From: Candidatus Omnitrophota bacterium
GTDB taxonomy: Bacteria > Omnitrophota > Gorgyraeia > Pluralincolimonadales > Pluralincolimonadaceae
Reading direction: 5' to 3'
DNA length: 64,000 nucleotides
NCBI GenBank assembly: GCA_041651455.1
Contig: JBAZJG010000004.1
Coordinates: 72,848-136,847, forward strand
Shown: piece after piece, positions 9,956-20,469 of the stretch
Layout: each line of letters starts with the position of its first letter
How positions within the stretch are numbered: position 1 is the stretch's first letter
The notes under the pieces: generated by a model
Database searches by the model: none
The model's input: the letters and a program-made list of their open reading frames with translations, nothing else
Told to the model about the DNA's origin: nothing
Made by a program: the position numbers and the translations under genes

Positions 9956-9956
9956 A

Positions 9957-10772
9957 TTATTTTTTGCGGTTTAAGATAAAATCGGCCAGGTCCCCCAGCG
10001 GTTTTGCCCTGCGGCCGAATATCTCGAGCTCCCTGTGGGCCTTTTTGATGAGCCTCGCGGCCTCTTTCCTGGCACCGTCCACGCCTAAGGCCAACGCGAA
10101 ACCCTCTTTATCCAATATATCATCTATGACCTGAAACGTAAAGCCGATATATTCCCCGTACCTGGTCATCGCTTCAGTCTGTTTTCTCGTGGCGTGTGCC
10201 GCTATGGCCCCGATCCTGCACGAACCAGCTATAAGCGAGCCCGTCTTTCGCGCGTTTATATAGGTGAGTGTCGGAAGGTCCGGGTCCACCTGGTTCTTTA
10301 TGTCGACGACCTGTCCGCCTATCATCCCGTAGGTGCCGGAGGCCTCGGCGGCGGCCCTGATTATCTCGTTATTGACCTTCGCGTCCTTCCCTTTGGCCAT
10401 AAGGCCGAAAGCGAAAGTAAGCAGCGCGTCTCCCGCCAGCACGGCGACGCCCTCCCCGAACTTCTTGTGGCAGGTGGGCTTGCCCCTTCTGTAATCATCG
10501 TCGTCCATGGCCGGAAGGTCGTCATGCACCAGTGAATACGTATGCACGAGCTCTATCGCGCATGCGGCCGGCATCGCGTCCTTGATGCTGCCGCCGCAGG
10601 CCTCGCATGAGGCAAGCACGAGCGCGGGCCTTACCCTCTTGCCGCCGGAAAAGACGGAATACCTCATGGCCTTGTGTATCTCTTTCGGGTATTCGTTCTC
10701 CTGCGGCAGGTATGCGTCGAGCGCCGCGTCGATGATCTTCTGCCGGGACTTAAGGTATTCGGCGGTCTTCAT
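9957..10772 (-). CDS. ispA: (2E,6E)-farnesyl diphosphate synthase / polyprenyl synthetase
   Basis: Two Asp-rich motifs (LVHDDLPAMDDDDYRRG and FQVIDDILD). Conserved xseB-ispA-dxs neighbourhood. Confidence 0.85.
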   Translation of the reverse strand: MKTAEYLKSRQKIIDAALDAYLPQENEYPKEIHKAMRYSVFSGGKRVRPALVLASCEACGGSIKDAMPAACAIELVHTYSLVHDDLPAMDDDDYRRGKPTCHKKFGEGVAVLAGDALLTFAFGLMAKGKDAKVNNEIIRAAAEASGTYGMIGGQVVDIKNQVDPDLPTLTYINARKTGSLIAGSCRIGAIAAHATRKQTEAMTRYGEYIGFTFQVIDDILDKEGFALALGVDGARKEAARLIKKAHRELEIFGRRAKPLGDLADFILNRKK

Positions 10773-11011
10773 CAGCCCTCCAGGTCCTTCTCGTTGAACG
10801 GCTTGGCCTCGAGCTTCCCGGCGCCGCTCTTGACGAGGATCTCTACCTTCCTGCGCGCGGAATCGAGCTTCTTCGAGCAGAACTGCGCCAGCTTGACGCC
10901 TTCCTCGTATCTCTTAAGAGAATCATCGAGGGGCAGGTCGCCCGATTCAAGCTCCTCCACGACCTTCTCCAGTTTTTTCAGGGCATCTTCAAATTTCATC
11001 TCGGCAGTCAT
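10772..11011 (-). CDS. xseB: exodeoxyribonuclease VII small subunit
   Basis: 79 aa coiled-coil protein (FEDALKKLEKVVEELESGDLPLDDSLKRYEEGVKLAQFC). Adjacent to xseA. Confidence 0.85.
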   Translation of the reverse strand: MTAEMKFEDALKKLEKVVEELESGDLPLDDSLKRYEEGVKLAQFCSKKLDSARRKVEILVKSGAGKLEAKPFNEKDLEG

Positions 11012-12285
11012 CTCGGTCCCTCCTTGATAATATCCTTTATCTCGCTCACCAGTTTTCCGCCGGAGAGCTTCGTCTCTATTATATCACCGCGCTTGAGCCC
11101 TTTGACATCCCTTAAAACGGCGCCCTCTTTTGCGGAAAGCGTTATGCTGTACCCTCTCTTCAATATCGCGAGCGGGGACAAGGCGTCCATCTTTCCGACA
11201 AGGGCGTTCAGGGCCTGCGTCTTTATCTCTATGCCGTGCGAGAAATGACTGTCGCGCGCCCTCTCGAGGTCATCGAGCTCCTGCGCGTAGCGTTCCACCT
11301 TCTCGAGCGGGTACCTGAATACCGGGCTGCCGGTTAGGTCCGCGAGCCTGCTCTCGTAAAGCGAGACCGCGCCCTCCAGCGACGTCCTGAGGCCCTTGAC
11401 CAGGCCTTCCACCCTCTCGACAAGCTCTTCTTTCCTCGCTATGACGAGCTCAGCCGCCGCAGACGGCGTCGGCGCCCTGAGGTCCGCCGTAAAATCCGCT
11501 ATCGTATAATCCACTTCGTGCCCCACCGCGGATATGACGGGTATCTTCGAGGCATATATCGCCCTGGCAACCTCCTCTTCGTTGAAAGCCCAGAGGTCCT
11601 CGAGGCTTCCGCCGCCGCGGGCGATTATCATCACGTCTATATCTTTCATGCGGTTCAGGTCGCCGATAGCGCCGGCTATCTCCGCGGAAGCGCCGTCGCC
11701 CTGCACCTTGACCGGGTATATCAGTATCTCTATATCGTTGAACCTGCGCCTCAGGATATGGAGTATATCGCGTATCACGGCGCCCGTCGGCGAAGTGACA
11801 ACGGCTATCCTCGAAGGCAACATCGGCACGGGGACCTTATGCGCCTCGTCAAAGAGCCCTTCTTTCTGGAGCTTTTCCTTCAGCTGCTCGAAAGCGAGCT
11901 GGAGCTCCCCCACGCCTTTAGGTTCGGCCCTGTCTATATAGAGCTGGGTCTGCCCTGTCTTGTTATAATAGCCGACCCTGCCGAGGCACAATACCTTTAT
12001 GCCATCCTTCATCTGGAACTTGACCGACTGGTTGGATCCCCTGAAGAACGCGCACTGTATCACCGACTCCGCGTCTTTCAGCGCGAAATACATATGCCCC
12101 GATGAATGCAGCTTGAAATTAGAGACCTCGCCTTCGACCCATACCTGCGGAAAAGCGCCGTCGAGGACGGTCTTTATCTCCCTCGTGATCTGGGTGACCG
12201 AATATATGAGCCTTCCGGTATCGGCTATCGGAGTTTCTCCTGTATGCGCTTGATCGCGGACGACTTGCCGGTCTTGTCGTCGCAT
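11008..12285 (-). CDS. xseA: exodeoxyribonuclease VII large subunit
   Basis: OB-fold start FPQVWVEGEVSNFKLHSSGHMYFALKD and catalytic region. The ORF-track 597 aa model carries a ~170 aa Arg-rich N-terminal extension that overlaps ymdB in another frame. The start was moved to the internal Met at 12285; the exact start is uncertain. Confidence 0.75.
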   Translation of the reverse strand: MRRQDRQVVRDQAHTGETPIADTGRLIYSVTQITREIKTVLDGAFPQVWVEGEVSNFKLHSSGHMYFALKDAESVIQCAFFRGSNQSVKFQMKDGIKVLCLGRVGYYNKTGQTQLYIDRAEPKGVGELQLAFEQLKEKLQKEGLFDEAHKVPVPMLPSRIAVVTSPTGAVIRDILHILRRRFNDIEILIYPVKVQGDGASAEIAGAIGDLNRMKDIDVMIIARGGGSLEDLWAFNEEEVARAIYASKIPVISAVGHEVDYTIADFTADLRAPTPSAAAELVIARKEELVERVEGLVKGLRTSLEGAVSLYESRLADLTGSPVFRYPLEKVERYAQELDDLERARDSHFSHGIEIKTQALNALVGKMDALSPLAILKRGYSITLSAKEGAVLRDVKGLKRGDIIETKLSGGKLVSEIKDIIKEGPR

Positions 12286-13007
12286 GTTATGACCGCGCCC
12301 TGCAGCTGGACGTCCGAGTCGGCCATCTCGAACCTTGTCGGAAGCCCCGTGATGAAGCGCCTTATTATCTGTTCGGGCTTCCTGCCGAGCACTGAATCGA
12401 ACGGCCCGGTCATCCCGGCGTCGGATATATACGCGGTGCCTTTCTTGAACACCCTCTCGTCGGCGGTCTGTATGTGCGTATGCGTGCCGCATATCGCGGT
12501 GACCATTCCGTCGAGGTAATAGGCCAGCGCTATCTTCTCCGACGTCGCCTCGGCATGCATATCGATTACGATGACCGGCGTCTCTTTCCTGATTTTTTCT
12601 ATCTCTGCCATGGCCGCCTTGAACGGGCATTCGACCGCCTGCATGAAGACCCTTCCGACGAGGCCTATGACGCCGACCCTCGCGCCGGTCGCCGAATTGA
12701 GGATTATCGACCCTTTCCCCGGGGCGCCCTCTCCGTAGTTGAGCGGGCGGAGTATCCTCGGCTCCCTGTCGAAGCCGTCGATTATCTCCTTCCTGTCCCA
12801 AATGTGGTCGCCGTTCGTCAGGGCGTCTATCCCCGCGCCGAGAAGTTCATCGGCTATATCGGGCGTTATGCCGGCGCCTCCGGCCGCATTCTCGGAATTC
12901 GCGATCGTGAAATCAATCCCCTCCCTTTTTTTGATTACAGGGAGGAGCGACTTCACGGCTGCGCGGCCGGGCTCCCCGACTATGTCCCCTATAAACAGTA
13001 TGTTCAT
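12225..13007 (-). CDS. ymdB: YmdB-family metallophosphoesterase (2',3'-cyclic-nucleotide 2'-phosphodiesterase)
   Basis: MNILFIGDIVGEPGR...GDHIWD calcineurin-like fold. Lies immediately downstream of rny, as in Firmicutes. Confidence 0.8.
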   Translation of the reverse strand: MNILFIGDIVGEPGRAAVKSLLPVIKKREGIDFTIANSENAAGGAGITPDIADELLGAGIDALTNGDHIWDRKEIIDGFDREPRILRPLNYGEGAPGKGSIILNSATGARVGVIGLVGRVFMQAVECPFKAAMAEIEKIRKETPVIVIDMHAEATSEKIALAYYLDGMVTAICGTHTHIQTADERVFKKGTAYISDAGMTGPFDSVLGRKPEQIIRRFITGLPTRFEMADSDVQLQGAVITCDDKTGKSSAIKRIQEKLR

Positions 13008-13011
13008 CTTT

Positions 13012-14574
13012 TTACTTCGCGTATTCTATCGCGCGCGTCTCGCGTATGACCGTGATCTTTATCTGTCCGGGATATTCCATCCCTTCCTCTATCTTCTTCT
13101 TTATCTCGCGCGAAAGGACCGTCGCCTGCGCGTCGGTTATCTTCGTCGGCTCGACGATGACCCTTATCTCGCGGCCCGCCTGTATCGCGTACGCCTTCTC
13201 GACTCCCTTGAACGAGTCGGCTATCTCCTCGAGCTTCTCGAGCCTCTTTATGTAGACCTCGAGCGTCTCGCGCCTTGCGCCCGGCCTCGCGCCCGAGACC
13301 GCGTCCGCCGCGCTCGACAGGACCGTGTAGATCGATATCGGAGGTATCTCGCCGTGGTGCCCCTCTATGGCGTTGCAGACGATGTCGTTCTCGCCGTATT
13401 TCTTCGCCATCTCAGCGCCGAGTTTCGGATGGGCGCCTTCTATCTCGTGGCTGACCGCCTTGCCTATATCATGCAGGAGCCCGATGCGTTTCGCGAGCTG
13501 CGCGTCAAGCCCGAGCTCGTTGGCTATCGTGCCCATGATGAACGCCGATTCCTTCAGGTGGTCCATGACATTCTGCCCGTACGACGTCCTGTACTTCAGT
13601 TTTCCGATGAGCTTGACGAGTTCCGGATGAATGCCGCGTACGCCGACCTCGAAGACGGCCTGTTCGCCGGCCTCCTTGATTGAGACCTCCATCTCCTTCT
13701 TTACCTTCTCAACGATCTCCTCGATCCTGCCGGGATGGATCCTGCCGTCTTCCATAAGTCGCGTCAGCGCTATGCGCGCGACCTCCCTCTTTACGGGGTC
13801 GAAGCCGGAAAGTATGACTGCTTCCGGGGTATCGTCGATTATGACATCTATTCCCGTGGCCATCTCGAGCGCCCTGATGTTGCGCCCCTCGCGCCCGATT
13901 ATCCTTCCTTTCATCTCGTCGTTCGGCAGGTTGACCACAGAGACCGTCGACTCGACCGTATGCTCGACGGCGCATCTCTGTATGGCGGTCGCGAGTATCT
14001 CGCGCGCCTTCTTGTCGGATTCCTGCTTCGTCTCTTCCTCGATCTTCTTTATCATCAGGCCGGCTTCCTGCCTCACGTCCTCTTCCATCCTCGACAGGAG
14101 CAGTTTCTTGGCTTCCTCGGCTGTCAATCCGGACACCCGCTGGAGCCTGTCCTTCTCCTCGGCCAGCATGACCTTATATTCCTCTTCCATCGAATGCAGT
14201 TTCTGCTCTTTCGCGGAAAGGTCCCTGATCTTGTCGGTAAGCTCCTTCTCTTTCTTGTCCATCACCTCGACCTTCTTGTCGAGGTTCTCTTCGCGCTGGA
14301 TCAGGCGTTTTTCCGTATTAAGCAGTTCCGCGCGCCTGTCCTTCGTCTCTTTTTCGAAATCCGCCCTTATATTATGGAGCAGCTCCTTGGATTCGAGCTC
14401 GACTTCCTTCTTCTTCTCCTGCGCCTTCTTTTCGGCTTCCCCTATTATGAGCTTGGCTCTCTCTTCGGCTGACTGGACTTTCTTCTCCGCAAGCATTTTT
14501 CTTGCTAAAAAACCTACTAAGCCTCCGGCTATGAAGATGACAAGCCAGAGGACGATGGCTAAAACAGCGTTCAT
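13012..14574 (-). CDS. rny: ribonuclease Y
   Basis: N-terminal TM helix, long coiled coil, KH domain ([25 protein letters not shown]) and HD domain (HDIGKAV...HHGE). Confidence 0.88.
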   Translation of the reverse strand: MNAVLAIVLWLVIFIAGGLVGFLARKMLAEKKVQSAEERAKLIIGEAEKKAQEKKKEVELESKELLHNIRADFEKETKDRRAELLNTEKRLIQREENLDKKVEVMDKKEKELTDKIRDLSAKEQKLHSMEEEYKVMLAEEKDRLQRVSGLTAEEAKKLLLSRMEEDVRQEAGLMIKKIEEETKQESDKKAREILATAIQRCAVEHTVESTVSVVNLPNDEMKGRIIGREGRNIRALEMATGIDVIIDDTPEAVILSGFDPVKREVARIALTRLMEDGRIHPGRIEEIVEKVKKEMEVSIKEAGEQAVFEVGVRGIHPELVKLIGKLKYRTSYGQNVMDHLKESAFIMGTIANELGLDAQLAKRIGLLHDIGKAVSHEIEGAHPKLGAEMAKKYGENDIVCNAIEGHHGEIPPISIYTVLSSAADAVSGARPGARRETLEVYIKRLEKLEEIADSFKGVEKAYAIQAGREIRVIVEPTKITDAQATVLSREIKKKIEEGMEYPGQIKITVIRETRAIEYAK

Positions 14575-14613
14575 CTTGGTTCCCCCTTTGTGTAAAACCT
14601 GGCTATATTAGAG

Positions 14614-15171
14614 TTATGCGGTGAGGAGTTTGGTGACGGGCCTGTCGTGAGAAAGGGTGGGTAATTTCCTGATGACCTGGAATTTGAATGCGAGGCCTAC
14701 TGTCGGGACTCCGGGACGGAGCCTCGTAAGGAACTTATCGTAATAGCCCATGCCGCGGCCCAGGCGGTTGCCTTTCCTGTCGAACGCAACTCCCGGGACT
14801 ATAGCAAGGTCTATCGAACGCGGATGAAATACCTCAAAATGCGCCTTCGGTTGATAAATTCCGTAAGGGCCTCTAACCAGATCTTTATCGGGATCCATTA
14901 CCTCGGATACCACCATTTTTTTCTTTCTCGCTTTGATGACCGGCACCAGAACTGCCTTACCACGTTCCAAAGCCGCCTCGATCATCGGCATCGTCTCTAC
15001 TTCGCCGTCTTTCGAGACGTAAAACATTATGACGTTCGCCCTTTTGAACTCGGGCAACAACAAAAGCCTCCTTTTTATAGCGAGGCTCTTACTATGCCTT
15101 TCTTCCTCCTTTTGGATTTTTAACCTTCTAAGGATCTTCTCTCGTAAGTTCTTTTTTAGCTTTTCTACCAT
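14614..15171 (-). CDS. 5-formyltetrahydrofolate cyclo-ligase
   Basis: Glycine-rich GRGMGYYDKF motif and 5-FCL-like fold; 185 aa. Confidence 0.75.
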   Translation of the reverse strand: MVEKLKKNLREKILRRLKIQKEEERHSKSLAIKRRLLLLPEFKRANVIMFYVSKDGEVETMPMIEAALERGKAVLVPVIKARKKKMVVSEVMDPDKDLVRGPYGIYQPKAHFEVFHPRSIDLAIVPGVAFDRKGNRLGRGMGYYDKFLTRLRPGVPTVGLAFKFQVIRKLPTLSHDRPVTKLLTA

Positions 15172-15204
15172 CTATCGTCTATTATAGGTTAAAACCGCCT
15201 TTAG

Positions 15205-15939
15205 TCAAGGGGAAAACACCCTCTCAAATAACCCCGTAAGCATCCCGAACGAATTGGTGAAAATCATTATGCCGATTACGATTAGGAATATGCCGCTTAT
15301 GACCGACAGGGCCCTCATGTGCTTCTTAACGGCCTTGAAATAAGACAGGAAATTGTTGATCAGCATGCCCGATACCAGGAACGGTATCGCAAGGCCGAGC
15401 GAGTAACTGAGCAGCATGGCCGCGCCCCTGCCCGCTTCCCCGGCCGTTGAGCTCAAGACAAGTATCGACGCGAGTATTGGCCCCACGCACGGGGTCCATC
15501 CTATCGCGAACGCCGCCCCGACCAGCACCGAGCCCGCATAGCCCGCCGGCTTGGACTTAAGCTCCAGCTTCTTCTCTTTTTGCATGAACCCGAGGTTGAT
15601 CACACCGGCTATGCAGAGGCCGAAGAACACTACGACCGCCCCTCCCGCCTTCCTTATTATCTCCCTGTTCTGCGGCAGGAAGCCGCCGAGGAAATTCAGG
15701 GACATCCCGAGGACCACAAAGACCGCCGTGAAACCGGCGATGAAGAGCAGCGAATGCGCCAGCGTCAGCAGGCGGACCTTCTTCGGCGGGGAATCCTCCC
15801 GGGTCAGTTCGCCGAATGTTATTCCCGTTATATACGATATGTACGACGGGAACAGCGGCAATACGCACGGCGACAGGAACGACAGTATGCCGCCTATGAA
15901 CGCGGCCGCCAGCGAGATCGTGTCCGGCCCGTTTCCCAT
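15205..15939 (-). CDS. ccdA: cytochrome c-type biogenesis protein CcdA / DsbD transmembrane domain
   Basis: Six TM helices and two conserved Cys in LSFLSPCVLPL and GWTPCVGPIL. Confidence 0.8.
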   Translation of the reverse strand: MGNGPDTISLAAAFIGGILSFLSPCVLPLFPSYISYITGITFGELTREDSPPKKVRLLTLAHSLLFIAGFTAVFVVLGMSLNFLGGFLPQNREIIRKAGGAVVVFFGLCIAGVINLGFMQKEKKLELKSKPAGYAGSVLVGAAFAIGWTPCVGPILASILVLSSTAGEAGRGAAMLLSYSLGLAIPFLVSGMLINNFLSYFKAVKKHMRALSVISGIFLIVIGIMIFTNSFGMLTGLFERVFSP

Positions 15940-15942
15940 ATT

Positions 15943-16917
15943 TCAGATCCTCCTGCTTATTGCCAGGGATTCTTCGCACGGCATGGCGTCGATCGTCCTG
16001 TCAGCCGTCCTGCCCGCGAAACACTTGATCCTGGCGTGCCCGGAATTGTTCTTCCCGAGGGCATACCTTGCCACTATCGAGACGGCCTCGTCGAATTCCG
16101 CCCCGTCCGTCTTCCCGAGCAGCACAGATACAGGCCCGAGGGGCTCCTGCGCGTGCAGCATCAGGCCCGACCCTCTCTTGAGCGAAACGATCTTATGGTT
16201 CTCGTTGTTATTCCTGCCGATGACCAGCTTCGATTCCGGCGATATCCTGAAATGCCGCCCGTGCTTCAGCAGCTCAATGTCGCCTGCGTTAAAACCGGGG
16301 TCATACCTCATAAGGTCGCTGAGCCTGCTCTCGAACTCCTTCTCCGCGAGCACGCATCCGCCGGCGGACGCGGGATAATCCTCAACGCCGAACCGCTTTG
16401 CCAGCGCCATCTGCGGCTTCCTCGAGCGCCCCGACATTGAAAGCAGCCTGTTCCTGTCTATGAGCCCTTTTTCTTCGGCTATCGTCGGGGGGAAGAGCTT
16501 CGCGCAAAGGGGCCTCAACAGGTATCCCTTGAGGCCGGAGTCCTTTTCGATCGCTTTCATGGCCTCCCTCCTCTGGGAGAACGGCCTTTGTCCCAGGACC
16601 TCCCCGGTAAAAACGAAAGAAGCCCCCTTCTTCTCCATGTATTCCTTTGCTTTTTTCAGCATTAATATCTTGCAGTCGATGCACGGGTTTATCGCGGTCC
16701 CGTAACCGTAGACGGGGCTCTTCAGGACCCCAAAGAACTCCTCCGTCATGTCTATGACGGTAAGCGGCATGCCCTTGCTGTCTACCGGCCCGTTGAAGAA
16801 AACGGTGGTAAAACGCACGAGCTCCGCCTCGACACCCAACTCCATCACGAGCCTGGCCGCGACGATGGAATCGAGCCCGCCGCTGAACAGCCCTATGGCT
16901 TTTGTTTTCTTTTCCAT
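15943..16917 (-). CDS. ThiI-like PP-loop ATP pyrophosphatase (no THUMP or rhodanese domain; CxxC motif suggests the Fe-S-dependent subtype)
   Basis: PP-loop SGGLDS, ThiI-like EVLGQRPFSQRREAM and LLRPL segments, and Cys motif NPCIDCK. Confidence 0.6.
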   Translation of the reverse strand: MEKKTKAIGLFSGGLDSIVAARLVMELGVEAELVRFTTVFFNGPVDSKGMPLTVIDMTEEFFGVLKSPVYGYGTAINPCIDCKILMLKKAKEYMEKKGASFVFTGEVLGQRPFSQRREAMKAIEKDSGLKGYLLRPLCAKLFPPTIAEEKGLIDRNRLLSMSGRSRKPQMALAKRFGVEDYPASAGGCVLAEKEFESRLSDLMRYDPGFNAGDIELLKHGRHFRISPESKLVIGRNNNENHKIVSLKRGSGLMLHAQEPLGPVSVLLGKTDGAEFDEAVSIVARYALGKNNSGHARIKCFAGRTADRTIDAMPCEESLAISRRI

Positions 16918-18242
16918 AACGTATCTATCCGATCCTTAAGCTGCTTCTCGAAACCTATCTCGCCCGGCTCGTAATACCTCGACTTCCTTGGCATATACTC
17001 CTGCTCGACGAAATGGCCCTCGAAATCATGCGCGTATTTATATCCCTTGCCGTGCCCGAGTTCTTTGCCGTCCATCGACGAGTCCTTCAGGTGTGCGGGC
17101 ACTTCCATCACGCGGCCCTCCTCTACGTCCTTAAGCGCCTTCTCTATGCCGAGGTATGCCGAGTTGGATTTCGGCGCGCAGGCGATATACACAGCGGCCT
17201 CGGCCAGCGGTATCCTCGCTTCCGGAAGCCCTACGAACTCTGCGACCTGGAACGCCGCGTTCGCCACCACTATCGCCTGCGGGTCGGCAAGACCGACGTC
17301 CTCGGCCGCGCAAATTACTATCCTGCGCGCGATGAACCTCGGGTCTTCCCCCGCGTAAAGCATCTTCGCGAGCCAGTAGAGCACGGCATCCGGGTCGGAG
17401 CCGCGCATCGACTTGATGAACGCGGATATCGTGTCGTAGTGGCCGTCCTCGTCCTTGTCGTATACGACGGCCTTCTTCTGTATGCACTCCTCGGCGACCT
17501 TCAGCGTGATATCTACGGGGCCGTCCTTCGACGCCGGGGTCGTCAACGCGGCCAGTTCGAGCGCGTTCAGCGCCCTTCTCGCGTCGCCTTCGGAGAGTTT
17601 AGACAGGAACTCGACTGCCTGCTTATCCGCTTTTATCGGCATGTTCCCGAGGCCGCGCTCCTTGTCCTTTAGCGCGTTATACAATATCGCGGTTATATCC
17701 GCCTCGGTAAGGGCCTTGAGCTCGAATACGAGAGACCTCGATATCAGGGGTGCCACTATCGAGAAGAAAGGGTTGTATGTCGTCGCGCCTATAAGCACCA
17801 CGACCCCCGCTTCGACGTCCGGCATCAGGACATCCTGTTGCGCCTTGTTGAAACGGTGGATCTCGTCGACGAAGAGTATCGTCTTCCTGCCGTAAAGCGA
17901 GCGGCGCTGTTTAGCGGATTCTATCTCTTTCCTGAGTTCCTGTACGTTGGACGTGGTCGCGTTAAGCTGTACGAATTCGGATTTTGTTGCGTTGGATACT
18001 ACATGGGCGAGCGTCGTCTTTCCGGTGCCGGGAGGCCCGTAAAGGATAAGCGATGTGATAGTGTCCGCCTCGATCGCGCGGGAGAGGAGCTTCCCTTCCC
18101 CGATGATATGGGGCTGGCCCACGAACTCCTTCAGGCCGCGCGGCCTCATCCTTGCGGACAGGGGCTCGGTCCTGGAGGATTGCTTATTTTTCTTCTCGAA
18201 CAGGTCTTTCATAGATAATTTTTCCCCGCCATGCCGTCCCAT
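16893..18242 (-). CDS. rarA: replication-associated recombination protein A (AAA+ ATPase)
   Basis: Walker A GPPGTGKTT, Walker B ILFVDEIHRFNK, MgsA C-terminal helical domain. The true start is possibly the internal Met (MKDLFEK). Confidence 0.85.
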   Translation of the reverse strand: MGRHGGEKLSMKDLFEKKNKQSSRTEPLSARMRPRGLKEFVGQPHIIGEGKLLSRAIEADTITSLILYGPPGTGKTTLAHVVSNATKSEFVQLNATTSNVQELRKEIESAKQRRSLYGRKTILFVDEIHRFNKAQQDVLMPDVEAGVVVLIGATTYNPFFSIVAPLISRSLVFELKALTEADITAILYNALKDKERGLGNMPIKADKQAVEFLSKLSEGDARRALNALELAALTTPASKDGPVDITLKVAEECIQKKAVVYDKDEDGHYDTISAFIKSMRGSDPDAVLYWLAKMLYAGEDPRFIARRIVICAAEDVGLADPQAIVVANAAFQVAEFVGLPEARIPLAEAAVYIACAPKSNSAYLGIEKALKDVEEGRVMEVPAHLKDSSMDGKELGHGKGYKYAHDFEGHFVEQEYMPRKSRYYEPGEIGFEKQLKDRIDTLWKRKQKP

Positions 18243-18417
18243 CCCGATAATTTTTGAACCTAAGCTTTCGCTAAGGTGGGTGCCCTGTTAACGTTTTCAT
18301 GCCCCCCGATGGATCGGGGTCCGCAATCCGACGTTAAAGCCGGGCTCCCTATGTATTTTGGTGTTGGCTCAAAATACATCCGGACAGATCGAGCACAGCA
18401 GGGAAATTTTCAATAAA

Positions 18418-20469
18418 CTAACGGATCTTTGCGCCGAACTTCCTGACCAATATTTCGCGGACCTTCCCGTCGAGCGAGTTTACCTCCTCGTCCGTCAGGG
18501 TCCTGTCGGGGGCCCTGTATTCCACAGAATACAGTATGCTCTTGCACCCTTTTGGCACCTGTTCCCCGCGGTAGAGGTCGAACGGCACGACGTTTATCGC
18601 GAGCGCTCCGCATGTCTCTTTTATCGTGCCTGTAATCTCGGCGTTCCCGGCTTTGTCGTCGACGATCAACGATATGTCGCGTACCGCCGAAGGGAACCTC
18701 GGGAGCTCCGTGAACTTCCTGTCTAATTTTGCCGCCGCATAAATGGCGGAAAGGTCCAGCTCGCCGGCAAACACAGCGCCTTTGATATCGAACCTGTCGA
18801 GCAGCGCCTTATCTACCCTGCCTATCGCGCCGACCTGCTGCGGGCCTATCTTGACCACCGCCGATGCCGCCGGAGACAAAAGCGGCAGGGGTTTTACTTC
18901 GAATGAGTAGTCCTTTATCCCGAGCCTGTCAAAAAGCGCTTCTATGACGCCTTTTACGTCGAATATGTCCGCCGCTTCCTTGGCGTGCCAATCCTTTCTC
19001 TTCATTCCGCAGAGCGCTATCGCGAGCACGCCGCTTTCGCACGGCGTCCCGTCGCCTGAGCACGAATAGGATTTGCCAAGCTCGAATATGCTCACGTCGG
19101 AGACCTTCCTGTTCAGGTTATGCGAGACGACGTCAAGCATGCCGCAGATGAGCGCGGACCTCAATGTCTCCGATTCGGAGCTGAGCGGGTTCTGGACCTT
19201 CAAAACATTGTCATCCGGTATCGAAAGCGCCTTCTGCACATACGGGTCCTTGCACCTGAGCGCGTAGGTTATGACTTCGTTGAGGCCGGCGCCGGTAAGG
19301 ACCTCCCTGGCGGCCTCTTCCACTATCCTGTCATGGCTCTTCTGGCTGCCCTTTCCCCATGTCTGTATCTTCGAAAGCGTCTCGGGTATCCTGTCGTAAC
19401 CGTATATCCTCGCGATCTCCTCGACGAGGTCTATCTCTGTTTTTAGGTCCCTCCTGAAAGACGGCACCGATACCAGCAGCCCGTCCTTTCCGGAAGCTTT
19501 CACCCCGAGGCCGAGCCCTTTGAGTATCGCTGCGCATTTCGCCGCAGGGATGGATGTCCCGAGTATCCTGTTGGCACCGGATACGTTTAGCTTTATCTTT
19601 ATATTCTTCGGCCCTTTAGAGCCCGAGTCGGCGAACTTCGATACGCGCGTCCCCCGGGCCGCGCAGATCATCGAGACGGCCCTCTCGGCGGCCTTCAGGC
19701 AACCGCAGATATCGACGTTCCTTTCGAACCTGTACGACGCCTCGCTCGATATGCCGAGCTTCCTCGCGCCGCGGCGCACCAGCACCGGGTCGAAATATGC
19801 GCTCTCAAGAAGCACCTTCTTCGTGGAAAAACCGACCTCGGTATCCCGTCCGCCCATGACCCCCGCTATCGCGACCGGCTTCGACGCGTCCGCGATGACG
19901 AGTATATCCCCGTCGAGCTGCCTCTTTATGCCGTCGATCGTGACCAGCTCTTCCCCTTTCCTGGCCCTCCTGACGGTTATGCGTCCGCCCTCGAGCTTAT
20001 CGTAATCGAAAGCGTGCATCGGCTGGCCCGACTCCATCATGCAGAAATTCGTGATATCGACTATATTATTGACCTGCCTCATTCCGGCGCTCTCGACCCT
20101 GGACGCGAGGTCTTTAGGCGAAACGCCGACCTGTACGCCGTCGATGACGACACCTACGTACCTTGGGCATCCTTTTTTATCTTCGATATTTATCGACGGC
20201 CCGGGGGCCCGCTTCGCCGAGGCCTTCGGAAGGGACGTCTTTATGGGCTTCATCTTCAGCCCGTACAGCGCCTGTATCTCATGCGCGATGCCATAAAGGC
20301 AGAGCCAATCGGGCCTGTTCGATGTGATCTCTATCTCGTAGACGGAGTCCCCGCCCTTCTGTTCGATACCCTTGACCTCAAGGCCCGCCATAGTCAGCTT
20401 GTCGGCCAGCGCGGCCGGATCTGCGCCGAAGGAGATGTATTCTTTCAGCCAGTTATAGGATACTTTCAT
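18418..20469 (-). CDS. pheT: phenylalanine--tRNA ligase beta subunit
   Basis: N-terminus MKVSYNWLKEY, B3/4 and B5 domains, C-terminal FDX-ACB-like domain. Confidence 0.9.
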   Translation of the reverse strand: MKVSYNWLKEYISFGADPAALADKLTMAGLEVKGIEQKGGDSVYEIEITSNRPDWLCLYGIAHEIQALYGLKMKPIKTSLPKASAKRAPGPSINIEDKKGCPRYVGVVIDGVQVGVSPKDLASRVESAGMRQVNNIVDITNFCMMESGQPMHAFDYDKLEGGRITVRRARKGEELVTIDGIKRQLDGDILVIADASKPVAIAGVMGGRDTEVGFSTKKVLLESAYFDPVLVRRGARKLGISSEASYRFERNVDICGCLKAAERAVSMICAARGTRVSKFADSGSKGPKNIKIKLNVSGANRILGTSIPAAKCAAILKGLGLGVKASGKDGLLVSVPSFRRDLKTEIDLVEEIARIYGYDRIPETLSKIQTWGKGSQKSHDRIVEEAAREVLTGAGLNEVITYALRCKDPYVQKALSIPDDNVLKVQNPLSSESETLRSALICGMLDVVSHNLNRKVSDVSIFELGKSYSCSGDGTPCESGVLAIALCGMKRKDWHAKEAADIFDVKGVIEALFDRLGIKDYSFEVKPLPLLSPAASAVVKIGPQQVGAIGRVDKALLDRFDIKGAVFAGELDLSAIYAAAKLDRKFTELPRFPSAVRDISLIVDDKAGNAEITGTIKETCGALAINVVPFDLYRGEQVPKGCKSILYSVEYRAPDRTLTDEEVNSLDGKVREILVRKFGAKIR

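Noticed and set aside
11797-12801. Arg/Gly-rich ~170 aa N-terminal extension of the xseA ORF.
   Set aside because: It overlaps ymdB in another frame and has no homology to ExoVII. The conserved OB-fold start lies right after the internal Met, so it was treated as an ORF-caller artefact rather than a fusion.
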